This document shows positions 1 through 12,435 of a stretch of DNA of 64,000 nt, piece after piece (position 1 is the stretch's first letter; each line of letters opens with the position of its first letter). Origin of the DNA: Dipteris shenzhenensis (Eukaryota); NCBI GenBank assembly GCA_047967505.1, contig CM106538.1. One strand, given 5' to 3'. Made by a program: the position numbers and the translations under genes. Under the pieces are notes generated by a model, which worked only from the letters and a program-made list of their open reading frames with translations, did not search any database and was not told the origin of the DNA.

Positions 1-500
1 AGGAAAGACCACGTAATATGTATGCTTCGAGGAGTTTTGCCAATCCTTGATGGCATGAATTTTCTTTGGATCTTCATCAATTGAAACATTGTGTCCAAGA
101 ATTCTAATTGTGCAAAACTTACTCTTTTCTATGTTGATCTAGAGTGCCATTAGCTTGAGTGAATTGGCTTGAAGAGCCTTAGATGTTCTTTATGATCAAT
201 CCATGTTGTGTTGAAGACCAAGGCAACATAAAAAACAATGAGGTAAGCTTGAAAAAGTAGTTCAATATGATTCAAAAGTGTTATCTAAAGGGAATGACCA
301 CACAAAGAAAGACTTCAACCTTTGTTTAAAATACATTATAATATTCATAGCTTATTGCTTCATTCTTTATTAACTTCTCAAATGTGAATTTGTTGTAGCC
401 TTTGCATTGATATTTTAAAGTCTTTATAATGAAGAAATTGATAAAAGGCATGATAGAGGGTAGTCCATATGTAGAGATGTGTAGGCTTGTTCTTTTATTT
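1..500 (-). mobile_element. Highly decayed Ty3/Gypsy-like reverse transcriptase fragment
   Basis: Minus-strand pieces resemble the Gypsy RT C-terminal part (KSKFCTIRILGHNVS..DPKK; WIDHKEHLRLF), with many stops and frameshifts. Confidence 0.5.
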
Positions 501-632
501 TCAAGCAATAGGGCATGTTCTCACAAAATAAGTTGCAAATGGAACATGTCAAACAAATTTTCTTGCTTCTAGATGTGTAATTTGCAACATGTCAAACAAA
601 TTTTCTCGCTTCTAGATGTGTAGTTGACTATC

Positions 633-1463
633 TGAAGGGAACCTGATCACGCTAGAGTTGGGAGATAGCATGGGAGATAGTTCATGCATTAACTAGTGAG
701 GATTATTGACTCCTAGCCTTGAATGTATGGCCAAGGGAAGGATTTATAAACGATATTGTTGCGAGTTTGGTGAAGATTGTCAAGCATACATATGGAACTA
801 GATTCTAGAAGGCAGACTAGCTCAAAACGGCTGGAAACTACCTCTTACTGCTCACCCTGTGCCTCGACTTCCCCTTTAGCGCATCTTGACTATTGGGTTC
901 TCTCCCCCATTGCAATCGTGCTCCCCTTCCCACATGTGGGAAACTTCTCCCCTCCCATTGTCACCTTTTTGGTGACCCTTTTGTTTTGCTAGGCTCTGTT
1001 GGAAAAGCAGAGCGAGGGAGTTGGCACCGAGGCTCGGTCGGAGCCCAGTGCGGGGCAGAAGAGAACCCAGCCCAAAATGGGCTGGGAGGAGCACCCAAAA
1101 AAAGGGCTGGCTGGGTCGATAGCAGAATAGGGGTGGAAGAGGGTAAAATGGAAGGAAGGTGACCAAGAGGAAGAAGGGGGGCTGTCATGGCAGGCGTGAA
1201 GGGGAGCACAGGCTCAGTCCAAAGCTTTTACTATTTACAAATATCTTAGGCCCATACCAGGGCCTTGGAGCATATGGAAGTACAAAAGCCCCAATTTACT
1301 TTGTCATTACCTATGCTCTGCCTTTAGAACGCTCTACGTATCTTAGGCCAGGGCCTTGGGGCATATGGAACTATACAAGCCCCAATTTGCCTGGTCGTTT
1401 ACCTGTCGTCCCTATATAATTCTCTCTACTAGTCCTAATGAGATAGCATGCCAATATTCGACA
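633..1463. mobile_element. Putative solo-LTR-like insertion (TG...CA, ~830 bp)
   Basis: Starts tgaaggg (633) and ends tcgaca (1463). gactatc lies directly on both sides (626-632, 1464-1470). Internal ~70-bp direct repeats near 1242 and 1339; no coding capacity. Confidence 0.4.
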
Positions 1464-2030
1464 GACTATCTACAGCATACCCGACATTGACTATAATTGA
1501 TAAAAGGCCTGACAAAATGTGATTGCTCAGTATGAATGAAGAGCGGCCTCTGTCCAATACAGCCGATTGCTCTTCAAAAGCAATGTACCTGCCAAGAGAG
1601 TTGCTTACACAACTTACTACATCATGTTACGAGAATAGATTTTTTATCTCTAACATTCAAAAAGGTCTCATGGAAAAGAACTTACCTCCGTTGTCTACTT
1701 GAGAAGCTTATCCATCAAAGAGATGGCACATGATGATAGATAATCCACTACAACTTGGAAAAACTTCTTCATTTTCTGTTTTTACCCCCAAGAAACTGTC
1801 TTCATTTTCTGTTTTTACCCCCAAGAAACTGTCTTCATTTTCTAAAAGCCATTGATGCCACAAATAAAAGTGCATCCGCGTTAACAATCTAAGTCGTTGA
1901 CGGACATCACTGAAAGCTTTATACTGGTGCTCTCAAAAGGATGTTAGACAAATACGGAAAGACAATAGATGTAAACACGCTTCCCCCAAGCAGCTAAGGT
2001 CTGGTTATGAAGTCACAAAAAATGAAGACT

Positions 2031-3488
2031 TCATACTACCTTCCCCAGTTGAGGCGGCAAGAACACCCTCACTTCCCTCTCCTCCGAGAAAAGAGTATGT
2101 TTAGGCACCATGATCTCCAGACCTGCACTGGCCTCCACATAAAACGCCTTCAGCTCAGCATTTTCTGGTATTCTGGTTGCAAGTGGAATCTCTCGAGTAA
2201 ACTCACCTTGGGGACAGTGCTCTGGATTTGTATCCGTTAACATCAGTGTCCTCTTGCCCCTAGTGATAATAGGCATTCTTGCTGTGCTGATACAATGAAT
2301 TTTCACGACGCCATGCGTAGCAGTGTTACGCCACGATACCCTTAACCTTTTCATATCTGTGAACGGTAAACTCACCATAATCAAATAACCCTTCTCATCT
2401 TCATATATACTCTTTGCTCCTGTAACTGGCCCGGAGGCCTCGAGTATAACCCCTGAGAAATCAGCAAGCCATGGACTATGGTCACCCTGCGGGATTTCTT
2501 CACCCAACACTTCGACTAAATGGTTGCCGTTCGGAATACAGCAGTCCTCATCGTTACCACCGGCAAGTTCACATTTTCGTTTCCTCTTCTTCAGAGACGA
2601 GGCAGTAAAGCTACTCCAACCGATCTGACCGATCAGCTTGCAGGAGAGATTGAGAGTGGAACCACCAAACTCGCACGAAGCTTTAGGTGACCGCTGTGTT
2701 TTGGCTGAGCCATTGGGGCACTTGCTAAGTGAGCACACATCTGACCTGTCGAATTCCAAATCCGTGCAGGGCAGCGTACGCCACGTTGAAAAGTCTCCTG
2801 CTTCAATCGGCAGAGAGAAGTTGAGATCTCTGCCAGTCAGTTCCACCCATTTCTTCCGATCTTCTTCGCTTACATGGGACAAATTTGGATTGCTCACAAC
2901 TTCAATTCCATGGACACACTGAGGATTCGATAAACCTCTGTAATGTTTTCGCTGCATCCTGTGAGAGCGACAGAACCCCTTATCGACACTGAAAGGGAAC
3001 TGAGGCTCTCCAAATCGGGCGTGCCCGTTCATGTAACTCCGAAGCTGCATTTTACCCAGCGCGTTCTCGGGTCTCCCCCTGAAAACCCACATATACATGT
3101 TCTCCATATCATGCTGCACAAGAAATTGATCAAGCTTGAGACCCAATTTATCTGTTAAAACGGGCCTGAAATAGTGATCGAAGAAGAACCATGCTCCCCA
3201 AATGCTGTCTCCCCGCCTGACCAATCTTCTGCCTTTGGAAGGAGTCAGGGTCCGCGTGTACTGTACTTGGGTCGCAAGACGCACATCCAGGATATCGGGC
3301 GAAGGCGACTTGGAAGGCCATGATGGACTAGGAGTGCCGATCTCTACCGAAAGCGGTAGATTAATGTCGGGAGGACGGCCTGCAGCTGTTAGCCTGGATG
3401 CATCGCAATCGTCGTGAAGGTTGCTGTCCATGGAAAGCAGGGTGGAAGGGCTCTCGATGGATAGCATGGTGAGCAGAGCCTCGGTCAT
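2031..3488 (-). CDS. SLT1: SLT1-family (sodium/lithium-tolerant 1; HSP20-like chaperone superfamily) protein, 485 aa, single coding exon
   Basis: Intact ATG-to-stop ORF with family motifs PSTLLSMDS, PPDINLPLS, DSIWGAWFFF, FLVQHDMENMYMWVF.RPENALGKMQLRSYMNGH and RSHRMQRKHYRGLSNPQCVHGIE. C-terminal alpha-crystallin-like region (IYEDEKGYLIMVSLPF...GEFTREIPLATRIP...LEIMVPK). The exact paralogue cannot be resolved by eye. Confidence 0.93.
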   Translation of the reverse strand: MTEALLTMLSIESPSTLLSMDSNLHDDCDASRLTAAGRPPDINLPLSVEIGTPSPSWPSKSPSPDILDVRLATQVQYTRTLTPSKGRRLVRRGDSIWGAWFFFDHYFRPVLTDKLGLKLDQFLVQHDMENMYMWVFRGRPENALGKMQLRSYMNGHARFGEPQFPFSVDKGFCRSHRMQRKHYRGLSNPQCVHGIEVVSNPNLSHVSEEDRKKWVELTGRDLNFSLPIEAGDFSTWRTLPCTDLEFDRSDVCSLSKCPNGSAKTQRSPKASCEFGGSTLNLSCKLIGQIGWSSFTASSLKKRKRKCELAGGNDEDCCIPNGNHLVEVLGEEIPQGDHSPWLADFSGVILEASGPVTGAKSIYEDEKGYLIMVSLPFTDMKRLRVSWRNTATHGVVKIHCISTARMPIITRGKRTLMLTDTNPEHCPQGEFTREIPLATRIPENAELKAFYVEASAGLEIMVPKHTLFSEEREVRVFLPPQLGKVV

Positions 3489-3506
3489 GGTTGTGATTTT
3501 TTCGAA

Positions 3507-3578
3507 CTAGCCAAGAAGAGTCGTTATTCTAAGCTGCCAGAAGGGCGGAAGCCGTGAGAGGGAGGCGAGATCCCTCAT
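3507..3578 (-). promoter_or_regulatory. Upstream ORF MRDLASLSRLPPFWQLRITTLLG* in the SLT1-like leader
   Basis: ATG at 3578 and TAG at 3509-3507, 18 nt before the main ATG and in the same frame. An overlapping mini-uORF MKGAWK* (3595-3575) precedes it. Confidence 0.6.
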
Positions 3579-4378
3579 TTCCACGCTCCCTTCATCTTGA
3601 AAGAGGCGTTGAGCCTTCTGAGGGGGGCAGAGAAGGTGGCAGACGGGACGAGGGAAGGGAGAAGGAAAACTCTTTTGGAGAACATTGGGGTGAGGAAGCT
3701 GGGGGGTTGCTGAGAAGAAAACATTAGCGAAGAGGGTGGAGGGGGGAAGAAGGGTATGTACTATGAGGGAGGGGAGATGCTGAGGAGGAGGCAAATGGCA
3801 GGAAATACTTAAGCTAAAGGGGGGCTGCCGAAGTGAGAGGAGTGGTGATGAAGGTGATGATCCTGGGTCTCCATGGAGGAGGAGGAGGAGGAGAGGAAGA
3901 AGGAGAGCTTGGCAACAGAGAAGAAGAGGAATGAAGAGAGCTTAGGAGAGAGGGAGGAGGAAGGAGCAATGGTGTGTGCAACAAGAGTGACAAGAAGGCT
4001 TTCTTTTTAGGTGAGTTGAGTGAGTGCACATCTGAGGTCGGCAGTATTTGATGAGAAGAACAAGACAAAGCATGGCACGGACTCTCTCTGGTTCTCCCCA
4101 CTGGGCACTCTCTCCTCCTCCTCCTCTTCTTCAACTCTTCCTATGATAAGTGCACACACAGACGTGCATGAGACGTTGATGTCCTGTGTCTCTGTCTTCC
4201 TCACTACACTCTCTCTCCCCTCTCTCATTGGCTTGATAACGAAGCACCACAGCTTGCCTTATCTCAGTACATATCTGCCTCACTTGTCTGTCTCTCCCTC
4301 TCTTCTCTCTCTCTCTCACCACAGCTTGCCTTATCTCAGTACATATCTGCCTCTGATGTCTGGTCTGTCTCTCCCTCT

Positions 4379-4433
<55 letters not shown>

Positions 4434-4969
4434 ACCCACGAGTGAAAAATGCACTTCCGTCTCTCTCTCTCTCTCTCGGGTGTATAAAACCCAAATGAGA
4501 CAATGGAGCTCACCAAAGACCACTCACCCCACCAAAAGACATCCCAATGCCTTCCGCAACTAGACCTTGCCCCACTCACTAGGCTCTAGCCCTTATACCA
4601 TCTTGAACTCCTTCTTAGAGCTCGTCCCCATGAAGGGGATTTTTTAATTGCTAGCTCAAGCAAACATCACTAGCTCGCTCACATCTCTACATGCTACCAT
4701 TCAATGCTCCAGAACAAAATACAATCCACATGGACATTTTGCATAGAATGCTAGTTCTTATTCTATTGCAAAAGAAGCTTTCCAATTCTCTGGCTGCCAA
4801 GGTGTCCCTCAACCCAGCTCATTGACTCCCCAAACTGTCTACAAATCTCCAAGACGCAAAAAGGGGACTTGGTTAGCTCGTTTATTAGGGACATGCTAGC
4901 AAGGCTGGAGTTTGTGAGGATCACTAGTGCATGGGGATACTGAACTACCCTACTATGGGAAAAGCTAAT

Positions 4970-6880
4970 GCCTCATTTATACTTCTAGGAACAAAGCTTA
5001 TAGCTTCTTATTGAATCTTCAAGTATCACCTCCATGTGACTCAAGGTTAGATTCGATCATCGAGGTATGACGTATGATACAACTCTTTCTTTGTTTTTCG
5101 CAATACAACAAACAAGGCTTTGACAATTTTGGTGTTAAAGGAGAAAAGTTTACATTCTCGAGGAGGGCCACTTGCCAAGAGCCCTAGAAGCTTGTCTCAA
5201 CCTTCTCCCAACCTAGAAATGATGAAAGATGCAATTAGGCTAATGAATGGGATCCATGTAGCAAACCCTGGACTTGATGGGGCCTAGTGGGCAACTAGTG
5301 GCTCTAAAAAACAAAATTTAAATGGCTATAAGCATATGTTCTTGAAGCAAAGGTGCCATTTCCTTGGGTCACCCTATTCATTACTCAAGGGTGCACTTCT
5401 CTTTGAGTCCTCTGCTGGTGTAAGTGCAAAGGTAGCAAAAGTCCCTTGGTGAAAGAAGGAGTCACAAACTGGTCTCACCTATCCAATACACCTTAAGATT
5501 TGGATGCACTTTAATGTTTGAAACCTAATGGATTTAAGGAGGTTGTAATGAAATTAGAGTCAACATACAAGTAGTGGAAGGTTGAAAAAGGCAAAGCTTA
5601 TGTAGATAAGCCATAACCATGATTTTCCTATTCATGAAAGCAAAAATGGGACTATGAAATTAGAGTTTACATAGGAGTAGCTACTAGAATGAAAAAGGCA
5701 AGTAATGATGATCAAGCATATGTAGATAAGTCATGGCCATGATTTTCCTATTTATGAGAAGGAAAAATGGGACTTACTCGAGTTTGGGAACTCAAATCAA
5801 CTTTAGTTTCATCCAATCAATGATGTACCTTCTAAATGAGGCAGCACCTAAAAAATGGAAAAGGCCAACGTCTCATTTACACTTCTAGGTAGGGAGCTTA
5901 TCCCTTAAGTGGGCTTATAGGATAAAAAATAGCTTCTTGTTGAATCTCCCACTATCGAGAAAAAGCCTCCATGTGACTCAAGTCATCCAAGTAGGATGTA
6001 TCGTACACCTCTTTCTTTGTTTTTGGCAATGCAAGCTCTGACAATTTTGGTGTTAAAAGAGAAAAGTTTAATCCTCTAGGAGGGCTTGTCTCAACCTTCT
6101 CCCAACCTATAGAGCCTATAGGTTAGGCTAACAAATGGGGTCCAATGAGCACATCTTGACTTGACGGGACCTAGTGGGCAATGACTGGCTCTTAAAAAAC
6201 AAAATTTAAATGGCCATTAGCATATGCTCTTGAAGCAAAGGTGCCATTTCCTTAGGTCACCCTTTCATTACCAAATCAGGTTTAAGGGCGCACTTCTATT
6301 TGAGTCTTCTAGTAGTGTCAGTGCCAAGGTGGAAGAAGTCCCTTTGTGAAAGTAGGAGTCACAGACCGGTATCCAACACACCTTAAGACTTGCATGCATT
6401 TTAATGTCAAAAAATTAATCATTTTAAGGGGGATTTAATTAGATTTGACACAAGAATCGTGGAAGATTGAAAAAGGCAATCAATGATCAAGCATATGTAG
6501 GTAAGTCATAACAATTTTCCTTTTAATAAAATTAAGAAGTTGAATGACTTGTCATTCAAATGGCCTGCCCTATGGGTGAAATATTGGGTCTTCTGTCGGG
6601 GTGAATGCCAAGGTGGCACAAGTCCCATTGTGAAAGTATGAGTTACAAACCGGCCTCATCTATTCCAACACACATTAAGACTTTTATGGATTTACAAAGG
6701 CTATAATGAAATTATAGTTGACATAGGACTAATAAAAAGGTTGAAAAAGGCAATCAATGATCAAGCATATGTTAGATAAGTCATGACCATGATTTTGGTA
6801 TTCATAAAAAGGAAAAATGGGACTTACTCAAATTTGGGAACTCACAAATCCACTTAGTTTTAGCCAATCATTTAAGTGAT
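4970..6880. repeat. Degenerate tandem duplication, ~900-bp unit, two copies plus a partial third
   Basis: Blocks such as ctcattta.acttctagg, gacaattttggtgttaaa.gagaaaagttta, cttgaagcaaaggtgccatttcctt and ttgaaaaaggcaa recur in order from ~4970, ~5870 and (partially) ~6590. Confidence 0.85.
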
Positions 6881-6999
6881 CTCTTATTATGAAGCTTGAG
6901 TCAATGATACACAAAAAAAATCTCGTACGTATCAAAGAGGCTGTAGGGTGCAATTTCTTGGGGAGTATATTTTGGCAAGTGTGTGCAAAAATGGTGAAC

Positions 7000-7275
7000 G
7001 TACTCTCTCTCCTCTTCTCCACTCCCCTCTCTCTCCCCCACCTCCCTTTCCTCCCTTTTCTCTTCCCCCCCATTGCCCTCCCTATTGCTCTCTCTCTCTC
7101 TCTCTCAAGAGGAGGAGGGAGAAGGGAGAGAGGGGGAATGAGAAAGGACGGGGGTGAGGGGGTGCATGGGTGAAAAGGGACAGAGAGGATAGAAAGGGAG
7201 AGAGAGGGGATGCAAAAGAGATTGGGGGGGGGAGTGAGAAGTGAGAGAGAGAAAGAGGGGTGAAGAAGGAGACAT

Positions 7276-7328
<53 letters not shown>

Positions 7329-7612
7329 GAGGAGGAGGAGGGATAAGGGAGAGAGGGCGAATGAGAAAGGACGGGGGGTGCAGGGGTGGGCAGGTGAAAA
7401 GGGACAAAGAGGAGAGAAAGGGGGAGAGAGGGGATGAGAAAGAGATTGGGGGGGGGGGAGTGAGAAGTGAGAGAGAGAAAGAGGGGTGAAGAAAGAGACA
7501 TGGAGAGAGAGGGAGCTGTTTTTTTGGGGGGGGACAAGAAGGAAGATTGGGGGGTGAGAATGATAAGTGAGAGAGAGAAAGTGGGGTAGATGGAGGGGGG
7601 GGGGGGGGAGTG

Positions 7613-7651
<39 letters not shown>

Positions 7652-7730
7652 GGGGGGAGATAGGAAGGGAGATGGGGGGGAAGGGATGCACCCCATCCTT
7701 TCACTTATGATGCCCCCCCCCCCTTCCTTC
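7000..7730. repeat. Purine-rich low-complexity tract with (GA)n, poly-G and a duplicated ~240-bp unit
   Basis: (GA)n at ~7278-7324 and ~7616-7648; the unit gaatgagaaaggacggggg...gaaagaggggtgaagaa occurs twice. Confidence 0.9.
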
Positions 7731-8292
7731 ACGTCGATGATCTCCTTGCTCTTTTGTTAGATTAATTGCTCCCTTTCACGTCCTCTCTTGCCCTCCCAAA
7801 CATTAATAGGAATTTGCATTTTTGCATGACATCAGGGACATAATGATTTCACATTAATTGGTGAGTGGAACACACATCAAAAGTTTAGAGACCATTGTTT
7901 GTGTATCAATACATTTGTAGAGACTTGGCTTTTGTTATTCTCCCAATTTTACAAAGGTTATATTGAATACATAGATAGGGGTAAAAAGTAATGCAACTTT
8001 GGACTGCATTAAGTTGCTATTCATATGCCTATAAAAACAAAGCTCCATCACAAGAGTCCTAAAATTTAATGTATTCTATATTTTAAGAAAGAGAAACACA
8101 TAAACATACTTGAGGTTTTATGAGAGACATATGAATATAAACATATAAAATAAAACTAACATAAAAATAATTATAGAAATAGAATTTGTTTACCTTTCCA
8201 ATTCAGCCATAGGTAGTCTTTTTCAGACCTTTCACATAGGGAGCAATTTTCAATAAATTAGCCATATGACTAAATACTTTAGGTGTTGAGGC

Positions 8293-8768
8293 TGTTAAAT
8301 TACATGGCGCAGCGGAACAGAAGTTGAACAAAGAATAGAGAGTACACAGCAAACTAGAGAGGAACAAAATTTTCCTTCAATACTGATGTAGTACAGATGA
8401 TGGCTCCGTCCACCTGTGCACTCCCACAGTGGAGCTTAGATGGCGATCTAGATAGATACTAGGTGAAGAGCTACTAGCTGGAAGATCTGATCTGATCTGA
8501 TACAATGGACTGGGGAGGTCGCCTCTTTATAGCTATGAGGGTAGTAGTCGGATCAACGTAGTTGGTGGAACCGACTAGTCAACCTAGTTGGTGGAGTCGA
8601 CTAGTCAACCTAGTTGGTGGAACCGACTAGTCGTCCATGGAATATTCAAGAAATACTCCCTATACCATTGCCTCGGGGGCTCTCGCCCTCGAACCCCCAC
8701 CAGGGGGGCTGCTCCCCCCCCTAGGACTCCCCAACTAGCCCCTAGGCCCTAGCAAGAATAAGGTGCTC
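8293..8768 (-). repeat. 3' LTR of the Copia element, missing its first ~26 bp
   Basis: Matches 12436-12920, then runs directly into RT coding sequence at 8769. Confidence 0.9.
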
Positions 8769-11700
8769 GTACCATAAGTGATGCCATAATCAAGAGTGCC
8801 CTTCACATACCTGAGCACCCACATCCCTGCATTCCAATGATTCTCCCGGGGCTTATTGGAGAACCTGCTCAAAACGCCAATAGTAAAACTGATGTCCGGT
8901 TTGGTGTTGAACAGATAGATGAGACTATCGACCAACTTCCTGTACCTCCTGATGTCTACTGGTGGTGAGGCATCATCCATAGACAACCTCGCATTTACCT
9001 CCATAGGTGTAGCTATCTCCTTGTACTCAGACATACCAAATGCCTTCAAGATCTCCCTTGCATATTTTTGCTGAGAGATGAAGATCTTGCCTGGCTCTTG
9101 CCAGATTTCAATCCCCAAACAATAGTGCATCAAGCCTAAGTCTGTCATCTCAAACTCAGTGCTCAATGCCTTTCTTGTCTGTTGGATCATGTCTTCATAG
9201 TCACCTATAATAAGGAGATCATCCACATATAGAACAATAATAGCAGATTTTTCACCTTTCCTGTACACATACAAGTTAGCATGTGAGGCACATCTTTTGA
9301 AGATTAATTTATGAAAAAATTTGTCTATCCATTGGTACCATGCTCTTGGGGCTTGTTTCAGCCTGTACAAAGCCTTCTTGAGCTTACATACCTTGTTCTT
9401 AGAATGGGGGGCCTCAAACCCTGGTGGCTGAGCCACGTACACCTCCTCCTTGAGGTCACCATTCAAGAATGCTGATTTAACATCCATTTGATATACTGGC
9501 CACTTTTTATGAGCAGCCACTGATAGTACTGTGCGAATAGTGGTCATTCTAGCAGTTGGAGCGAAAGATTCCTGAAAATCAAATCCTTCAACCTACAAAA
9601 ATCCTTGTGCAACTAATCTGGCTTTGTACTTTTCCAAAGTCCCATCGGCCTTGTACTTTACCTTCCAAACCCACTTGGTGCCAATAACCTTTCTGTTAGG
9701 TGGTCGATCTACCAGCTTCCAAGTTTCATTCTTCATGATGCTGTCATATTCTACTTGCATAGCGTTTTTCCAATCTCGATCTGCAAGTGGTTCCTCCAAA
9801 CTCACAAGCTCCTTTACTTCTGCAATAATCTCAGCCATGAAGGCCACATTGACTATGTGAGTAGAAGCCCTCCTTTGCTCCTCGATTCTCTGACACCGCC
9901 TTGGCCCATCTGCATGCTGCCCAACAGACATAGGCATCTGGTTATCATGGTCATAGAGTTGCCTTACCAATTGGGGCAATGGCTTTTTCGGTGGTGTAAC
10001 AACAGGTTGGTGACTTATACCTTCATAATCTGATATTTCCTCCTCCTTTATAGCTCCTGGGACAGGTCCATAGTGAATTACCTCTTTGCTTGATGATAAA
10101 GTGGAAGAGCTCTTCTCTGCCTCCACTGCATGTGGCTGCTCCCTGAACACCACATCGTGGCTCGCTATGATCTTCTTTGCCTCTCGGTCATACAACTTAT
10201 AGGCTTTCTTCTCATCACAATAGCCTAAAAAGATACATTTGGTGCTTTTTGGTTGTAGCTTGTTTCTCTCTTTGTTTGGTACATGCGCATAGCATTCACA
10301 CCCAAACACTCTGAAATGGGAGACAGATGGCTTCTTACTGCTGTAAGCCTCATGTGGTGTTTTACCTTTGAGTGCCTTTGTATAGCTACGATTAAGGATG
10401 TAAACCGCAGTATTGACAGCCTCAGCCCAAAAGTGGTTTGGCAGTCCAACACCTTTCAACATACACCTCCCCATCTCCACGGTTGTATGCATTCGGTGTT
10501 CAACAATGGAATTTTGTTGAGGCGTATGTGGTGTCGTCATTTGTCACTTGATCCCTTTGCTCTTGCAAAAATCTCCAAACTCTGTAGAAACAAACTCACC
10601 ACCACCATCCGATCTGATTTTCTTCACTTTTCTCCCTGTTTCATTTTCAATAAGCTATAGCCATTCTTTCAATTTACCAAAAGCTTGAGCCTTTTCGTGA
10701 AGACAGTACATCCACATTTTCCTACTATAGTCGTCAACAATCAATAAAAAATAGGAAGATCCCCCAAGGCATGTGTAGGCATCTTACTGCACAAGTCAAC
10801 ATGCACCAACTCTAGAGGAGCGTTTGGTCTATTCTTGCTTTCGTGTGGGAATGCCTTTCTCTGTTGCTTGCCCATCATGCAAGCTTCACACGGTTCTTTG
10901 ATTTCTACTACTGCAAGTAAGTGAGCAACCATACCTTACTTCTGCATCTCCTTCAGCACTGCAAATCCGATGTGGCCGAATATTTTGTGCCAAAGTCTGC
11001 TTGTGCCTACTCCAGCGGTGGCTGTAAGAGCACTTAGCTCATACAGGTTGTTCCTCCTTACTCCTGTGCTAACAAGATTGCTAGCACTATCCAGAATTTT
11101 TGCTCCTGTCTTGTTGAACCTCACCTCATGGTCAAGGTCAGTTATGGAAGCAACTGATAGCAAATTTCTCTTGATTTGTGGAACATACAGCACATTATAT
11201 AGTTTCTTAACATCTCCATTTATAGAAACAAATGAAATCGTACCTGTACCCTCAACATGGCATTTTGCATTATTACCAACCGTCACGGTGATGGGTTCCT
11301 GTAGAGGCTGCATGGAACAATATAGACCCTTCTTGCAGGTCATGTGACGGGAGGCACCACTATCCAACACCCATGAATCGTGGTTGAAGCTGCTGGAACT
11401 GAGGAACACTCTTCCTCAATGGCCAGAAATAGATCCAACTTTGCTTCTGCTATGTTAGCTGTCTTTTTCCCCTTATCTGTCTTCTTCAGGGTACCATTCT
11501 TTTCATATGCTTTCTTGACCTGGCAATCTGCAATCACATGGCCCTTCTTCTTGCAGTAGAAGCATTCTCCCTGAAACTTCTTCTTGCTGCCCTTCTTCTT
11601 TTTGTCACCACTAGTAGAGGACTCACCTTTGGTGGAGGAACCACCTTTTCCTTTCATAGAGGTAGAGAACGTAGCATCCCATTGCTGCCTCCATCTTGAG

Positions 11701-12435
11701 CTTTAAGCCTCAATTCCTCCTCCATAAATAAAGCACATAACTCCTCAAATGACAATGGTTGGGGTCTCACCTGAGTGTTAATGCAGTTACCAGTCCATCA
11801 AACCTTGGTGGACATATTCGGAGACACCGCCGAGCTAGCTCTTCGCTAGTCTTTTGTATCCCAGCACCAACCATCTGGTCACGTAGATTTTTGATTCGGG
11901 TTATGAACACCTCCACTGTCTCTCCTTCATTAAACTTCTCAGATGCAAGCTGATTCTCCAGGTTTTGGATCCTTGTCTGATTCCGCGTCTCATACTGACT
12001 CTTCAATATGTTTCAGGCCACAGTTGCCTTAGATGTATGCTGAATCAAGGTCAAACACTATCAGTAGTACTTGTAACCAGGGCACACAGAGCATCTGCGT
12101 TCCTACATTTCCAAGCTCGTAGAAGATCGGCATTAGGAGGTATTGTACTCCCTGGATTTGTTGGGTCGGGGGTTCCTTGTGGTTTTGGGTTAGCAGTCCC
12201 CAGTACTATCTCCAGAAGCTCATATGAGTAATTTTAAACTTCCACACAATGTAGTTTGTACCATGTAGCTTGCCTTCAATAAAGGCTGGTGGGAAAATCC
12301 TTAATGCCTGGATTGTTGGTGCAATAGCAGCTTGCTGAACTGGACCGCTTCCTGTTGCCATCACTCCGTATGCTATTGAAGCCCTCGCCTCTCTTCTATT
12401 CTTTGATCCTTAGAGCCGCCTGGGCTCTGATACCA

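Noticed and set aside
2007-3417. Plus-strand ORFs overlapping SLT1
   Set aside because: Antisense shadows of the real CDS.
3507-4579. ORFs of 95-141 aa upstream of SLT1
   Set aside because: Mostly non-ATG starts in CT/GA-rich leader and microsatellite sequence; only the ATG-initiated 23-codon uORF was kept.
6828-7732. ORFs of 199-287 aa in three minus frames
   Set aside because: Translations of GA/poly-purine low-complexity sequence (SLSLSL, PPP); open only because of composition.
8548-8640. 26-bp repeats resembling a CRISPR array (also ~12700-12790)
   Set aside because: Head-to-tail with no unique spacers, inside both Copia LTRs, no cas genes, eukaryotic context.
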